A DNA stretch of 64,000 nucleotides from Thermoplasmatales archaeon (GTDB taxonomy: Archaea; Thermoplasmatota; Thermoplasmata; Thermoplasmatales; Thermoplasmataceae), in NCBI GenBank assembly GCA_027310185.1, contig DAIDBH010000014.1, positions 203,706-267,705 of the forward strand. Direction: 5' to 3'. Positions 49,996-64,000 of this stretch are shown piece after piece. Positions within the stretch are counted from its first letter, which is position 1. Each line of letters begins with the position of its first letter. A model generated the notes under the pieces. The model saw nothing but the letters and a program-made list of their open reading frames with translations, was not told the DNA's origin and ran no database searches. The position numbers and the translations under genes are program-made.

Positions 49996-50325
49996 CTATT
50001 TAAATATGTTGATAAGCTCAGGCAGTGCAGAGTTTCTGCTTAGGTAATTTGCCTGCGTCTGGGTATACCTGTAAACGATATCAGCCTTCTCAGTCTGGAA
50101 CTGCCATGGCTTTACTATTACCAGATCATTTTCCCTTATCCACATTCTCTTCTTCATCTTGCCTGGAATCCTGGCTGTTCTTGTGTAGCCATCCTCACAC
50201 ATAACTGAAAGATGGGAACCTCCTGATAATTTCTCAACTATACCATAGAGTTCCCCCTTCCTCTTGTTTGGAACTATTACTCTCGTAAAATTTTCTTCAT
50301 TATCGTTATTATTCTTATACGGCAT
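49996..50325 (-). CDS. eif1a: Translation initiation factor aIF-1A
   Basis: CEDG..R.ARIPGKMKKRMWIREND. Confidence 0.96.
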   Translation of the reverse strand: MPYKNNNDNEENFTRVIVPNKRKGELYGIVEKLSGGSHLSVMCEDGYTRTARIPGKMKKRMWIRENDLVIVKPWQFQTEKADIVYRYTQTQANYLSRNSALPELINIFK

Positions 50326-50422
50326 TATAACCTCTCATGTTGTACTAAGTCATACGATTTCCGTATATTTACTTTTATAAACGAAGATTCACGCTTGAAA
50401 CTGGAAATCTGGATAGGATGGA

Positions 50423-55153
<4,731 letters not shown>

Positions 55154-55157
<4 letters not shown>

Positions 55158-58100
55158 TTCAGATCACCCAGTATTAATCTCATCATTACACCCATTGACA
55201 TTAGTTCATCTCTCATCAGTTTAAATGCGTAGCTTGTTTCAACTGGATGTATATTCCCAGTGTTTCCACAAACAGGGCATCTCAAAGTCCCCTTTCTCCT
55301 ATCCATAATTGCAATATGACCACATGACTGGTTACCGCACACATACAGTATGGTTCCATCACTCTGGTCAAGCAGCCTGTCCTTTATTACCATCGCAGCT
55401 CCATGTGCAATTAACGTATCTCTCTCCATTTCACCAAATCTAAGACCTCCCTGCCTTGACCTTCCTTCTGTTGGCTGTCTGGTGAGTATCTGCACTGGTC
55501 CCCTTGATCTGGCATGGAATTTGCCTGCGACCATATGATGTAGCTTCTGGTAGTAGATTACTCCGGTGAATATCTGTGCTTCCAGTCTTTTTCCTGTAAT
55601 TCCATCATACATTGTCTCTGTACAATCATATGTAAGACCATATTTCAGAAGTTCTTCCCTTAGTGACTGTTCCGGTTCACCCTTGAATATAGTACCATCT
55701 ACGGTGCTTCCCCTCATGGAAGCAACCTTTCCTCCTATCATTTCCAGGATATGACCAATGGTCATTCTTGAAGGAATTGCGTGTGGGTTTATGAGAATAT
55801 CAGGAATTATCCCTGATTCTGTGAATGGCATGTCTTCCTGTGCAATCAGTGCCCCGATTACCCCCTTCTGTCCATGCCTGGACGCGAATTTATCTCCAAG
55901 TTCTGGAATCCTATCGCTTCTTACCTTGATTTTAACAATCTTGCTGTTGCTTTCGGATACCGTCAGGATGACATTGTCCACGTAGCCGTTTTCATTTGGT
56001 CTCATGGTGATGGATGATTCCCTTCTTTTCTGCGGACCAAGTCTCTCATTGCCCTCCTCCAGAAATCTTGGAGGTGAAGTTTTTCCCACGAGCACATCGG
56101 AACCTTCCACATATGCCTCAGGATTTATAATACCATCCTGATCCAGATTCATGTAGAAGTTCTCCATTCTGGCACCCATAACATCATGTGTTGGGATTTC
56201 GAATCTATCCTCCTGACCTCCCGGGTATCTTCTTTCCTCTGCAGTATATGTCCTGAAGAAGTTACTTCTTCCAAGACCTCTTTCTACAGCAGATTTATTG
56301 AAAACGATAGCGTCCTGAATGTTGTATCCCTGGTAGGATACTATGGCTACTACAAAATTCTGCCCTGCTGGCCTCTTATCATAGTGCACATAATCCATTA
56401 CCTGTGTCTTTACCATTGGAATTTGCGGGTAATGCATGAAATGTCCTCTTGTATCCGTTCTTATCCTGAAGTTTGTTGCTGAAAGACCAATACTCTGTTT
56501 TGTCATCGCAGACGCCATTGTTACCCTTGGAGAAGAATTATGCTCCGGGTATGGTATCATTGATGCAGTTACTCCTAGAATCATTGATGGGTCAATTTCC
56601 AGATGGGTATGTTCCTTCGACAGGAGAGTCTTTCCGTCAAATTCCTTTCCACATTTCTGGCACATCAATTTTATTTTTGACTCTCCCTGATTCACCCATT
56701 CCACAATTCCCCTGTAGAGCAGGGTATCACATCTTGGGCATCTTTCAGGGAAATCGTATGCATACAGTGATATGTACAGGTTCTCTTCCTCTTCAGCATC
56801 AATCCATTCAATGGCTCCTATGGATGTAAGGTCCTTGAGTTCCATATCACCAAGCCTTAGTTTTTCAAGTGTTTCTCTTGATATATTAGGCCTGCCATCT
56901 TCGACTACGATTAATGGCCTCCTGATTCTTCCCCTATCGCAGTTTATAATAACCTCGTTTGTGGAGTCATCATATCTTACGTTGACCTCTGATGACAGTT
57001 CTCCCTTCCTTCTGGTCTTACGAATGGTATTTGTTAGGCCTATTGGGTCCTCATGATACCCAACCAGGTCCCCGTTGATATACACTCTTCCCATGTTGCC
57101 TTCTTCCTTCGTTGGTTCCCTGATGCCGTTGGCATTGAGAAATTCCACTATATCAAGAGGATCCGCCCCTTCTGAGATATTCATAAGAAGGGCTCCGTTC
57201 TTGACCAGTCCACAATTCTGTCCTTCTGGCGTTTCATTAGGGCATATTCTTCCCCACTGGGTTGGATGAAGGTCCCTGGCTTCAAAATGTGGTTGTGATC
57301 TTGTTAATGGAGAAATGATCCTTCTAAGGTGGCTCAGCGTACTCACATTGGAAACACGATCGAGAAGCTGGGAAACACCAGTTTTTCCCCCAATCCAGTT
57401 TCCTGTGGACATTGCGTGGAGTATTTTTTGAGTTAGAAGATCCTGCCTAATGGCCGGTTTTATTCTCAGACCTTTCTTTCTGTTGTACGTTTTTTCAAGC
57501 TGGTATTTCAAATCTTTAACTACAGACTGGAAAGCATTTCTGAAAAGTTCATCCATAAGGTCTCCTGCCAGCTTTACCCTCTTATTTGAAAGATGATCCT
57601 TGTCGTCTTCCTTTCTGATTCCAAGGTTCAGCTCAAGCAGTGATCTTGCCATTCTACCGAGATAAAGAGCTTTTTTGAATCTGTCCTCAATCTTGTCACC
57701 AAGGTGCGGAAGAAGAGACTTGTCTATAATTTGTGAAATCTTCTTTTCCCTGAAGTCCTTTGCCTGGCCTGCTGCAAACCTCTTTTCCAGATAATTTATA
57801 GCGTCTTCTGTGAAAACAACACCGTTTGGTGGATGTATCTTGGGGTCTCTCGCTGCTTCCAGATTGTAATATATGATGGGGTTCATTCCATTTACTGAAA
57901 ATATCGCATCGTGAATTTCATTATCCTTTTCCATTCCCAGTGCCTTCATCAGGATAACAAGAGGAATTGAACCGGGTACGCTTGGTATGGAGACATTGAT
58001 ATCACCATCTCTGCTCTTTTCCAGAGCAGTCATTGCCCTGTATCCTCCAGCCTGTGAGAATACCTTTGCGATTTCAACCTGGGTTTCGTACTTTTCTTCC

Positions 58101-58756
58101 TTTTCCACGAGAATTTTGTTTGGAGCAAGGTCTTCCAGTGATACTATAACCCTTTCGCTGCCTCCTATAATGAAATAACCACCAGAATCAGTTGGATCCT
58201 CACCTACATACTGCAATTTCTGTTTTCTGGTCCCATTTATAGGGGCATTGTTTTTCTCCCCGTTTGTCTTTTCAATATACCTGTCAAGATTTGAACCGTA
58301 TAAAGTGCATACTTTTGTTCTTACCATTACTGGCATTTCTCCAATCTTTATGGTTTCCGGTTCCCTTTCAATGCCATCTTCGGAAACTCTGAGTTTAAGA
58401 CTGATAGGTGCGGTATAATTCAAGTCCCTTATTCTTGCTTCCTGTGGTGTTATCTGGTTTATTGCCCCAGAAGCTTCCTTTATTTCAGGCATATCAACTC
58501 TTATGGTAGTATCTCCTACGAACCGGCCTCTTTCTCTCTGCCTCCCGAAGTATATTTTTATTTCCTTTCCACCTGTCTTTGTCTTGTCAAGTAAAATAAC
58601 TCCAGGTTCATCTTCATCTGACAGTTTTGTTTCATCAACTATTTTCTGCATTAAACTGTCTGGATTGTCTGGTGTTGCAACAAAGGCATTCATTGAGTCT
58701 ATCTGGTGATTTACAATACTTTCATTCCTAAAAAACGATTCAACAATTTCTTTCAT
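55154..58756 (-). CDS. rpoB: RNA polymerase subunit Rpo2 (B, unsplit)
   Basis: [34 protein letters not shown]-terminal zinc motif. Confidence 0.98.
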
Positions 58757-59016
58757 TTTAAAACCTCACTGGTTGTAACCCTGTAGTATTCCGTAATACC
58801 TACGTTAGGGTTCTTTCTAACAATCTTAATAATTCTATTCGGTCCAATATCCCCGTGAATTTCCATCAGAGCCTTTATAGCGGGGTCAGTAACATTTATA
58901 TGGGGTAACATACCTTTTACAGTATGGAGCTTCTTTAGAATAGCAGCCTCATCCTTTTCCTCTACCAAATAATGTTCTGGGACCAATTCGTGGTGCAACA
59001 CGTTAAATTTACTCAT
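58753..59016 (-). CDS. rpoH: RNA polymerase subunit Rpo5 (H)
   Basis: [26 protein letters not shown]; ATG at 59016. Confidence 0.95.
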   Translation of the reverse strand: MSKFNVLHHELVPEHYLVEEKDEAAILKKLHTVKGMLPHINVTDPAIKALMEIHGDIGPNRIIKIVRKNPNVGITEYYRVTTSEVLK

Positions 59017-59031
59017 TTTTATCCCTCTTAA

Positions 59032-59105
59032 CGGGCCCAAGGGGGTTCGAACCCCTGACCCTCTGGTTAAAAGCCAGATGCTCTACCTAGCTGAGCTATG
59101 GGCCC
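59032..59105 (-). tRNA. tRNA-Lys(TTT)
   Basis: GGGCCCA acceptor, anticodon loop CTTTTAA, GGTTCGAACC T-arm. Confidence 0.95.
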
Positions 59106-59430
59106 TTAATTTTGCCGGCGATGTGAATAACTTTTTCCAATATAAACATTCTTTATAATTGGCAATATTCTGCACGTGAAAACCCATAGAATCCCTAAAG
59201 TACTGCATGCTTACTTTAAACCTTTTTAGATACGGGATATCATTACCTTTTAGCATAAAAGCTTAACTAATATGCCAGCACTTTTTAGGAAATCATTATC
59301 ATTATGTTATTTTAATTCTCTGTTAATAATAAAATCAAGTACAAACTTAACAGCTCAACCCGATTTCAGAAAGCCAATAATTCCTTTTAAGAAATATTCA
59401 AATTTATTTACCACTGCCCTATTTCAGATA

Positions 59431-61440
59431 ATGAAAAATGGAGACCTGTTTGAAAGAATAAAACCCATAAGTGATGGAGAAAAACCAGAAAAACCAGTTT
59501 TCTCAATTTCGTTTTTAGATACACGAGTGGATCCACTGGATGATTTCTTTACCTATTCCTGCGGAAAATGGGTTGAGACTCATCCAATACCTGAGGACAA
59601 ATTTATCTGGGGCGCAACGATGGAACTTATTGAGTGGAATACTTTTATCCTTGGCAAGATATTGGAAGATTGTGCCAGAAAGAGTTTGGATCATGATGAA
59701 GGACTTGAGGGACAACTTGGGAAATATTATATTTCTGCAATGGATTTAACAACAATAGACAGCTTGAAGTTCAGGCCAATTGGTGAAATGATTGGCAAAA
59801 TCGATGGAATGGAGGATAAGGCAGAGATTCCAGGAATAATAGAGTTATTGCACAGATCGGGAGTTAGAGCACTCTTTAGGCTGGAAGTGGATAATGACGA
59901 AAAGCAAAGCAACAAATATGCAATATATCTTTTCCAGGGAGGATTGACGCTACCCAATAGGGATTATTATCTTGAAGATAACTTCAGCAAAACAAGAACA
60001 GAATATGTAGAACATATTGCAAAAATGTTTGAACTTATGGGATTAAATCAGAAAGAAGCAGCGAGAATTTCAGGTACCATAATGAATATGGAAACAGAAA
60101 TTGCCAAATCGAGCAGAAAGCCAGTAGAACTGAGGGATCCTGAAAAGAATTACAACAGGATTGAAATGAAAGACATTGACAGGATTTTCGGTAACATAAA
60201 AATGCGAAAATATTTGGAGGGTTCTAAACTTAATGAGATGGATTATCTAATAGTTGGCCAGCCCGAATTCTTTAATGGAATTTCGATGCTGGAAGATAAA
60301 TATTCACTGGAAGAGTGGAAGATGTACCTGAAATGGAAGGTGCTTCACTTTGCAGCCCCATACCTTCATGAGGAAGCTGAAAGGGAAGACTTTGATTTTT
60401 TCCACAGGAAATTGCTTGGACAGAATGAGATGGAGAAGAGATGGAAGAAGGTTGTGTCTATTGTGGACGGGACAATGGGTGAAGCCCTCGGCAAGATTTA
60501 TGTTGATAGGGAATTTGGGGAGGAGTCCAGAAAAAGAATGAATGACATGGTAGAGGACCTGAAAGAAGTATTTGTTGAGAGAATAAAGAGCCTTTCCTGG
60601 ATGGGAGAACAGACAAAGGAGAAGGCCCTTGAGAAATTCAGTAGATTCAGGGCTAAAATAGGTTATCCATCAAAATTCATCGACTATTCATCAGTAAGGA
60701 TAGAAAATGATGACTTTTTCGGAAATGTTCTGAGATGCAACCAGTTTGAATTCAACAGGAAAACTTCCAGGGCAGGAAAAGAAGTTGACCATGAACTCTG
60801 GGGAATGACACCTCCAACTGTGAATGCCTATTTCTCTCCAACGGATAATGAGATTGTATTTCCTGCTGGAATTCTTCAGCCGCCTTTCTTTGATCCGGAA
60901 ATGGATGATGCTGTTAATTACGGGGCAACTGGAGGCACAATCGCGCATGAGATTTCCCACGGGTTTGACGATGAGGGTAGAAAGTTTGATCTTGATGGAA
61001 ACTTAAAGGAATGGTGGACGGAGGATGATGATAGGGCATTTATGGATAAGGCAAAGGAAGTTGTGGAACTTTACAGCAGTCAGGAAGTGCTACCCGGGCT
61101 GAAGGTTAACGGGGAACTTACCCTTGGAGAAAATATTGCGGACCTTGGTGGTGTAAGTATAGCATTTGAAGCATTACAGAGAAGGCTGGGGAGGAACCCT
61201 GAAATGAGGAAGACCATAGATGGATTTACTCCAGAACAGAGATTCTTCCTTGGATGGGCTCAGAGCTGGAGGGAGTCTGTAAGAGAAATGGCACTTAGAT
61301 ACCAGATATCCAATGATCCACATTCGCCAGCGAAAATAAGGGCAGAAATTCCAGCGAGGGTTCACGAGGATTTTGAAAACGTCTTCAGCAATCTTAGTTC
61401 AATGAAAAATTCAGGATACAAGAAGATTAAGATCTGGTGA
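59431..61440 (+). CDS. M13 family zinc metallopeptidase (PepO/neprilysin-like), no signal peptide
   Basis: DDFFTYSCGKW, VNAY, FPAGILQPPFF, HEISHGFDD, GENIADLGG, DPHSP; ATG at 59431 preferred. Confidence 0.95.
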   Translation: MKNGDLFERIKPISDGEKPEKPVFSISFLDTRVDPLDDFFTYSCGKWVETHPIPEDKFIWGATMELIEWNTFILGKILEDCARKSLDHDEGLEGQLGKYYISAMDLTTIDSLKFRPIGEMIGKIDGMEDKAEIPGIIELLHRSGVRALFRLEVDNDEKQSNKYAIYLFQGGLTLPNRDYYLEDNFSKTRTEYVEHIAKMFELMGLNQKEAARISGTIMNMETEIAKSSRKPVELRDPEKNYNRIEMKDIDRIFGNIKMRKYLEGSKLNEMDYLIVGQPEFFNGISMLEDKYSLEEWKMYLKWKVLHFAAPYLHEEAEREDFDFFHRKLLGQNEMEKRWKKVVSIVDGTMGEALGKIYVDREFGEESRKRMNDMVEDLKEVFVERIKSLSWMGEQTKEKALEKFSRFRAKIGYPSKFIDYSSVRIENDDFFGNVLRCNQFEFNRKTSRAGKEVDHELWGMTPPTVNAYFSPTDNEIVFPAGILQPPFFDPEMDDAVNYGATGGTIAHEISHGFDDEGRKFDLDGNLKEWWTEDDDRAFMDKAKEVVELYSSQEVLPGLKVNGELTLGENIADLGGVSIAFEALQRRLGRNPEMRKTIDGFTPEQRFFLGWAQSWRESVREMALRYQISNDPHSPAKIRAEIPARVHEDFENVFSNLSSMKNSGYKKIKIW

Positions 61441-61503
61441 TATGAAGAGAAAAGTGAATGCAATAAATTTTAGACTTATTAATTTTAATTTAGATGTTAT
61501 GAC

Positions 61504-62445
61504 CTAAGGGTATGGAACATAAAGGTTCCTGCATATTCCTTTGAAGTCTGTTGTGTTTTGATAATCTATGGTGTAGAGTGTCTGAAACCCTGAACCTTCA
61601 AGCTTCAATATTTTGTAGCTATCTTTCTGCTGAAGAGGGAAGCAGTAGCAGAGAATGTTTCCACCATTTATTGAATGATTTGAATAATCCATTTCTGACA
61701 ATACACCGGTATTCAGGTTTTCCATGTACAGGTGGGTTTTATAGTAATTGATTAAAGAACAATTTTCACCAGCATTTGGTGTGATCTGTGGCTCAACACA
61801 ACCATAAGCTAAAGCACTCGTAATTGAATTTATTTGAAAAGTTGTGTATAGATCACTTGATGTAAAAATCTTAACATTTAATGATATTACAGGTACATTC
61901 GTTGGGAAACTGATTGAAACGCCTGTTGAGAATTTTCCTTCTGAGTCTTCATTTACCCTTGCTAGAGCCCCTAAGGAAGGAATTCCAGACACAACTGATC
62001 TTGATATTGCAGGTAAGGTTCCATTGTCGTGAGTTAGCAAGTTCTGCTGCGAGAGACATGCAGGAGAAATAGATAAGTTCTCACAGCACAGTATTATTCC
62101 TGGAGAACTATTTTTGGAAAATGTGCCCTTTAGCACAATACCTATGCAGGTAACACCTTCGTCTAGAATATATTCCGTGCATTTAAGCGTACTGTTAAGA
62201 TAATTAAATTTTTCTCCGATTTTGCACGAAGAATTAAGAGTCTTGTCTATGGTTGATCTTGCCCATCTTGCTCTGTCATGTGTTTCTTTTTCGTGAAATG
62301 TGCTTATGCTTGCAGAACTGTCATAGCTTTTTATTTCTACCTGTTTTGTTTTGGGTTCGATGAAAAATACATAATCCACAGTTACAAATATAATAACAAC
62401 TATGATAACAAAGGTTAAAAATTTGCTTTTCAATATTTTTTTCAT
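61504..62445 (-). CDS. Membrane-anchored Cys-rich exported protein of unknown function
   Basis: MKKILKSK plus one TM, then a beta-rich ectodomain; SD-like AGGTGG before the ATG at 62445. Confidence 0.75.
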   Translation of the reverse strand: MKKILKSKFLTFVIIVVIIFVTVDYVFFIEPKTKQVEIKSYDSSASISTFHEKETHDRARWARSTIDKTLNSSCKIGEKFNYLNSTLKCTEYILDEGVTCIGIVLKGTFSKNSSPGIILCCENLSISPACLSQQNLLTHDNGTLPAISRSVVSGIPSLGALARVNEDSEGKFSTGVSISFPTNVPVISLNVKIFTSSDLYTTFQINSITSALAYGCVEPQITPNAGENCSLINYYKTHLYMENLNTGVLSEMDYSNHSINGGNILCYCFPLQQKDSYKILKLEGSGFQTLYTIDYQNTTDFKGICRNLYVPYP

Positions 62446-62481
62446 AAATCTCCACCTTTCAAGATAACTATTTAGCCACAC

Positions 62482-63999
62482 CTATGATAAATTTAAATCA
62501 TGTGAACTTCCTGAGGTAAGAATGCTTCCAGGTATCTGTTCTAACAGTGTATAAACTCCGTTCATATATGAATACACTTGATAGGCTGTTCCGGGATTGG
62601 CGTAAAAAGCCGTCATTCCCTTATTTTCTACTAATCTATATAATGAACAGGTCTGATCGTTTTTGAGATAGAGAGTGTAGCCATCTAGGCTTGTTGGTAC
62701 ATTTGAATAAAGATAATTTGCTGGTTCGAAATTTAAGTTTTCCTTTGCAGTTGCCCCATTTATAAGTGTTCTAACTGGTTGGGAACCTGTACCACTTACA
62801 ACCGAAGTACCTTCATATATGCAGCAATACTGTGTTTCATAAGTTACGCAAAGAGTAAAAGATTGATCGAGTTCTGAATTGGGTAAGCATAAGAAGCTAT
62901 CGAGACCTGCACCGTAAAAGTTTCTTGAAGCCGAGCCACCCTCTATTTGATATTTTACTGAAGCGGGTTGATTATTCTTGTTATCACTTGTTATTACTGA
63001 CGCGTTGGCACATTCTACAAGATTTTTAGCTGCTTGGCAGGCTTGTACTAATGTTATAGCATCTGAAAGTGGGACCGGTGAAACAATGGAAAGACCATCA
63101 AGTAGTAAAGATTCCATATCGCAGACTTTTGATGTCATTTTTGAACTTGATGATGAAACATTAATTCCAATTTGATGATTATTATTCACTGGTAAGAGAA
63201 ATACAGTTGCAGAATTTGCATTTTCAGTTTGCATCTTAATAACTAGATCTTGAGGCTGCAATTCTGAAACATAAGAACTTTCAGTAGTGCATATTGGACC
63301 AGAACCAAGAGTGGTAAGATTAAATTGGAACACCAGGTTTTGGTTGCTTCCATCATCTGCCTCGATATAAGATGTATCTCCAACAATTGCGTTTTTATTC
63401 AACTTGCCGGAACAGGATTTTCTATCATGAACCTGTTCTAGATATATGCTATTGAAGATGTCGTCAGATGGCATAAATTGATCATTAGCCAGATATAATA
63501 CCTGATTCCCATCATATCCAATGTATCCCTTGAAATGGTTGCTTATTGTCGTGCTTGACAATCCAAAGGTTGAGAAATAAGGATGATAGACTTCTCCAGT
63601 GACCAGTTTCTGGTTACTGGAAAGGTTCAATGTCATGTTATTGATGTGTGGTTCTTCAAGCTCCTCTGTGCATGTGGATACATATCTTGCTTCAAGATCC
63701 ACTGTTCCGTATATGTTCATGCAGATGTATGTGTATGTGCCTGTTCCTGTTACTGATATGTCATTCACGTCTGTGAATGATCCGTTGTCCTGTTTCACCA
63801 TGAAGTACAGGAATGTTCCTCTTTGAGATGTGGATGAACTGTATAATGTCACATCTATACTGAGAGTTGTGATACCTCCATCGTCTGTTATCTTTGATGA
63901 TCCTGATAGTTTCCATGTCATTGTGGATGGTAATGTGCTCATGATATCATTTGTTTCTGATGCTGGTGAGGATTGGGCCTGTATTCCTGAAAGAGAGAG
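62482..63999 (-). CDS. Large Cys-rich exported protein (5' end outside the window)
   Basis: Frame stays open to the window edge (LSLSGIQAQSSPASETNDIM...), resembling the end of a signal peptide; S/T/N-rich. Confidence 0.75.
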   Translation of the reverse strand, partial: LSLSGIQAQSSPASETNDIMSTLPSTMTWKLSGSSKITDDGGITTLSIDVTLYSSSTSQRGTFLYFMVKQDNGSFTDVNDISVTGTGTYTYICMNIYGTVDLEARYVSTCTEELEEPHINNMTLNLSSNQKLVTGEVYHPYFSTFGLSSTTISNHFKGYIGYDGNQVLYLANDQFMPSDDIFNSIYLEQVHDRKSCSGKLNKNAIVGDTSYIEADDGSNQNLVFQFNLTTLGSGPICTTESSYVSELQPQDLVIKMQTENANSATVFLLPVNNNHQIGINVSSSSSKMTSKVCDMESLLLDGLSIVSPVPLSDAITLVQACQAAKNLVECANASVITSDNKNNQPASVKYQIEGGSASRNFYGAGLDSFLCLPNSELDQSFTLCVTYETQYCCIYEGTSVVSGTGSQPVRTLINGATAKENLNFEPANYLYSNVPTSLDGYTLYLKNDQTCSLYRLVENKGMTAFYANPGTAYQVYSYMNGVYTLLEQIPGSILTSGSSHDLNLS

Positions 64000-64000
64000 A

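Noticed and set aside
59272-59430. 53-aa N-terminal extension of the M13 ORF in the ORF track (a similar extension is called for prpD at 35882)
   Set aside because: AT-rich, promoter-like sequence; family similarity begins only after the later ATG

Overview
Chromosomal segment of a Thermoplasmatales-type archaeon. The assignment is inferred from the unsplit RpoB, N-terminally extended RpoA'', absence of rpl30e between rpoA2 and nusA, a TA0938-family gene, a SoxL/SoxN-like Rieske/cytochrome b pair and a TrpB2-only trp operon. Most of the window is conserved core: tRNA-Lys-rpoH-rpoB-rpoA1-rpoA2-nusA-aIF1A-rio1-dim2-tRNAiMet, S13-S4-S11-rpoD, L18e-L13-S9-rpoN-tRNA-Pro, mcm, hemLCD, pyk, trpB2-A-D-F-E-G-C-aroF and prpD-prpB. 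Three accessory patches hold most of the unusual signals. (1) About 4-14 kb: split CstB-like persulfide dioxygenase/rhodanese, a zinc-finger plus heme-oxygenase-like oxidase coupled to TA0938, an aquaporin with DedA, a probable non-autonomous tnpB-derived element, and a GACTGAAA repeat cluster. (2) About 31.3-35.7 kb: a DEAD-box helicase flanked by structured-looking non-coding DNA, then a 655-aa secreted protein with a hydrophobic helical hairpin facing an internally duplicated 4-TM membrane protein (candidate archaeocin/immunity pair). (3) About 59.4-64 kb: an M13 peptidase and a pair of Cys-rich exported proteins that may share a C-terminal domain. I saw no CRISPR array, rRNA, intact transposase or integrase. 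All family calls come from motif recognition by eye; no database searches were run.
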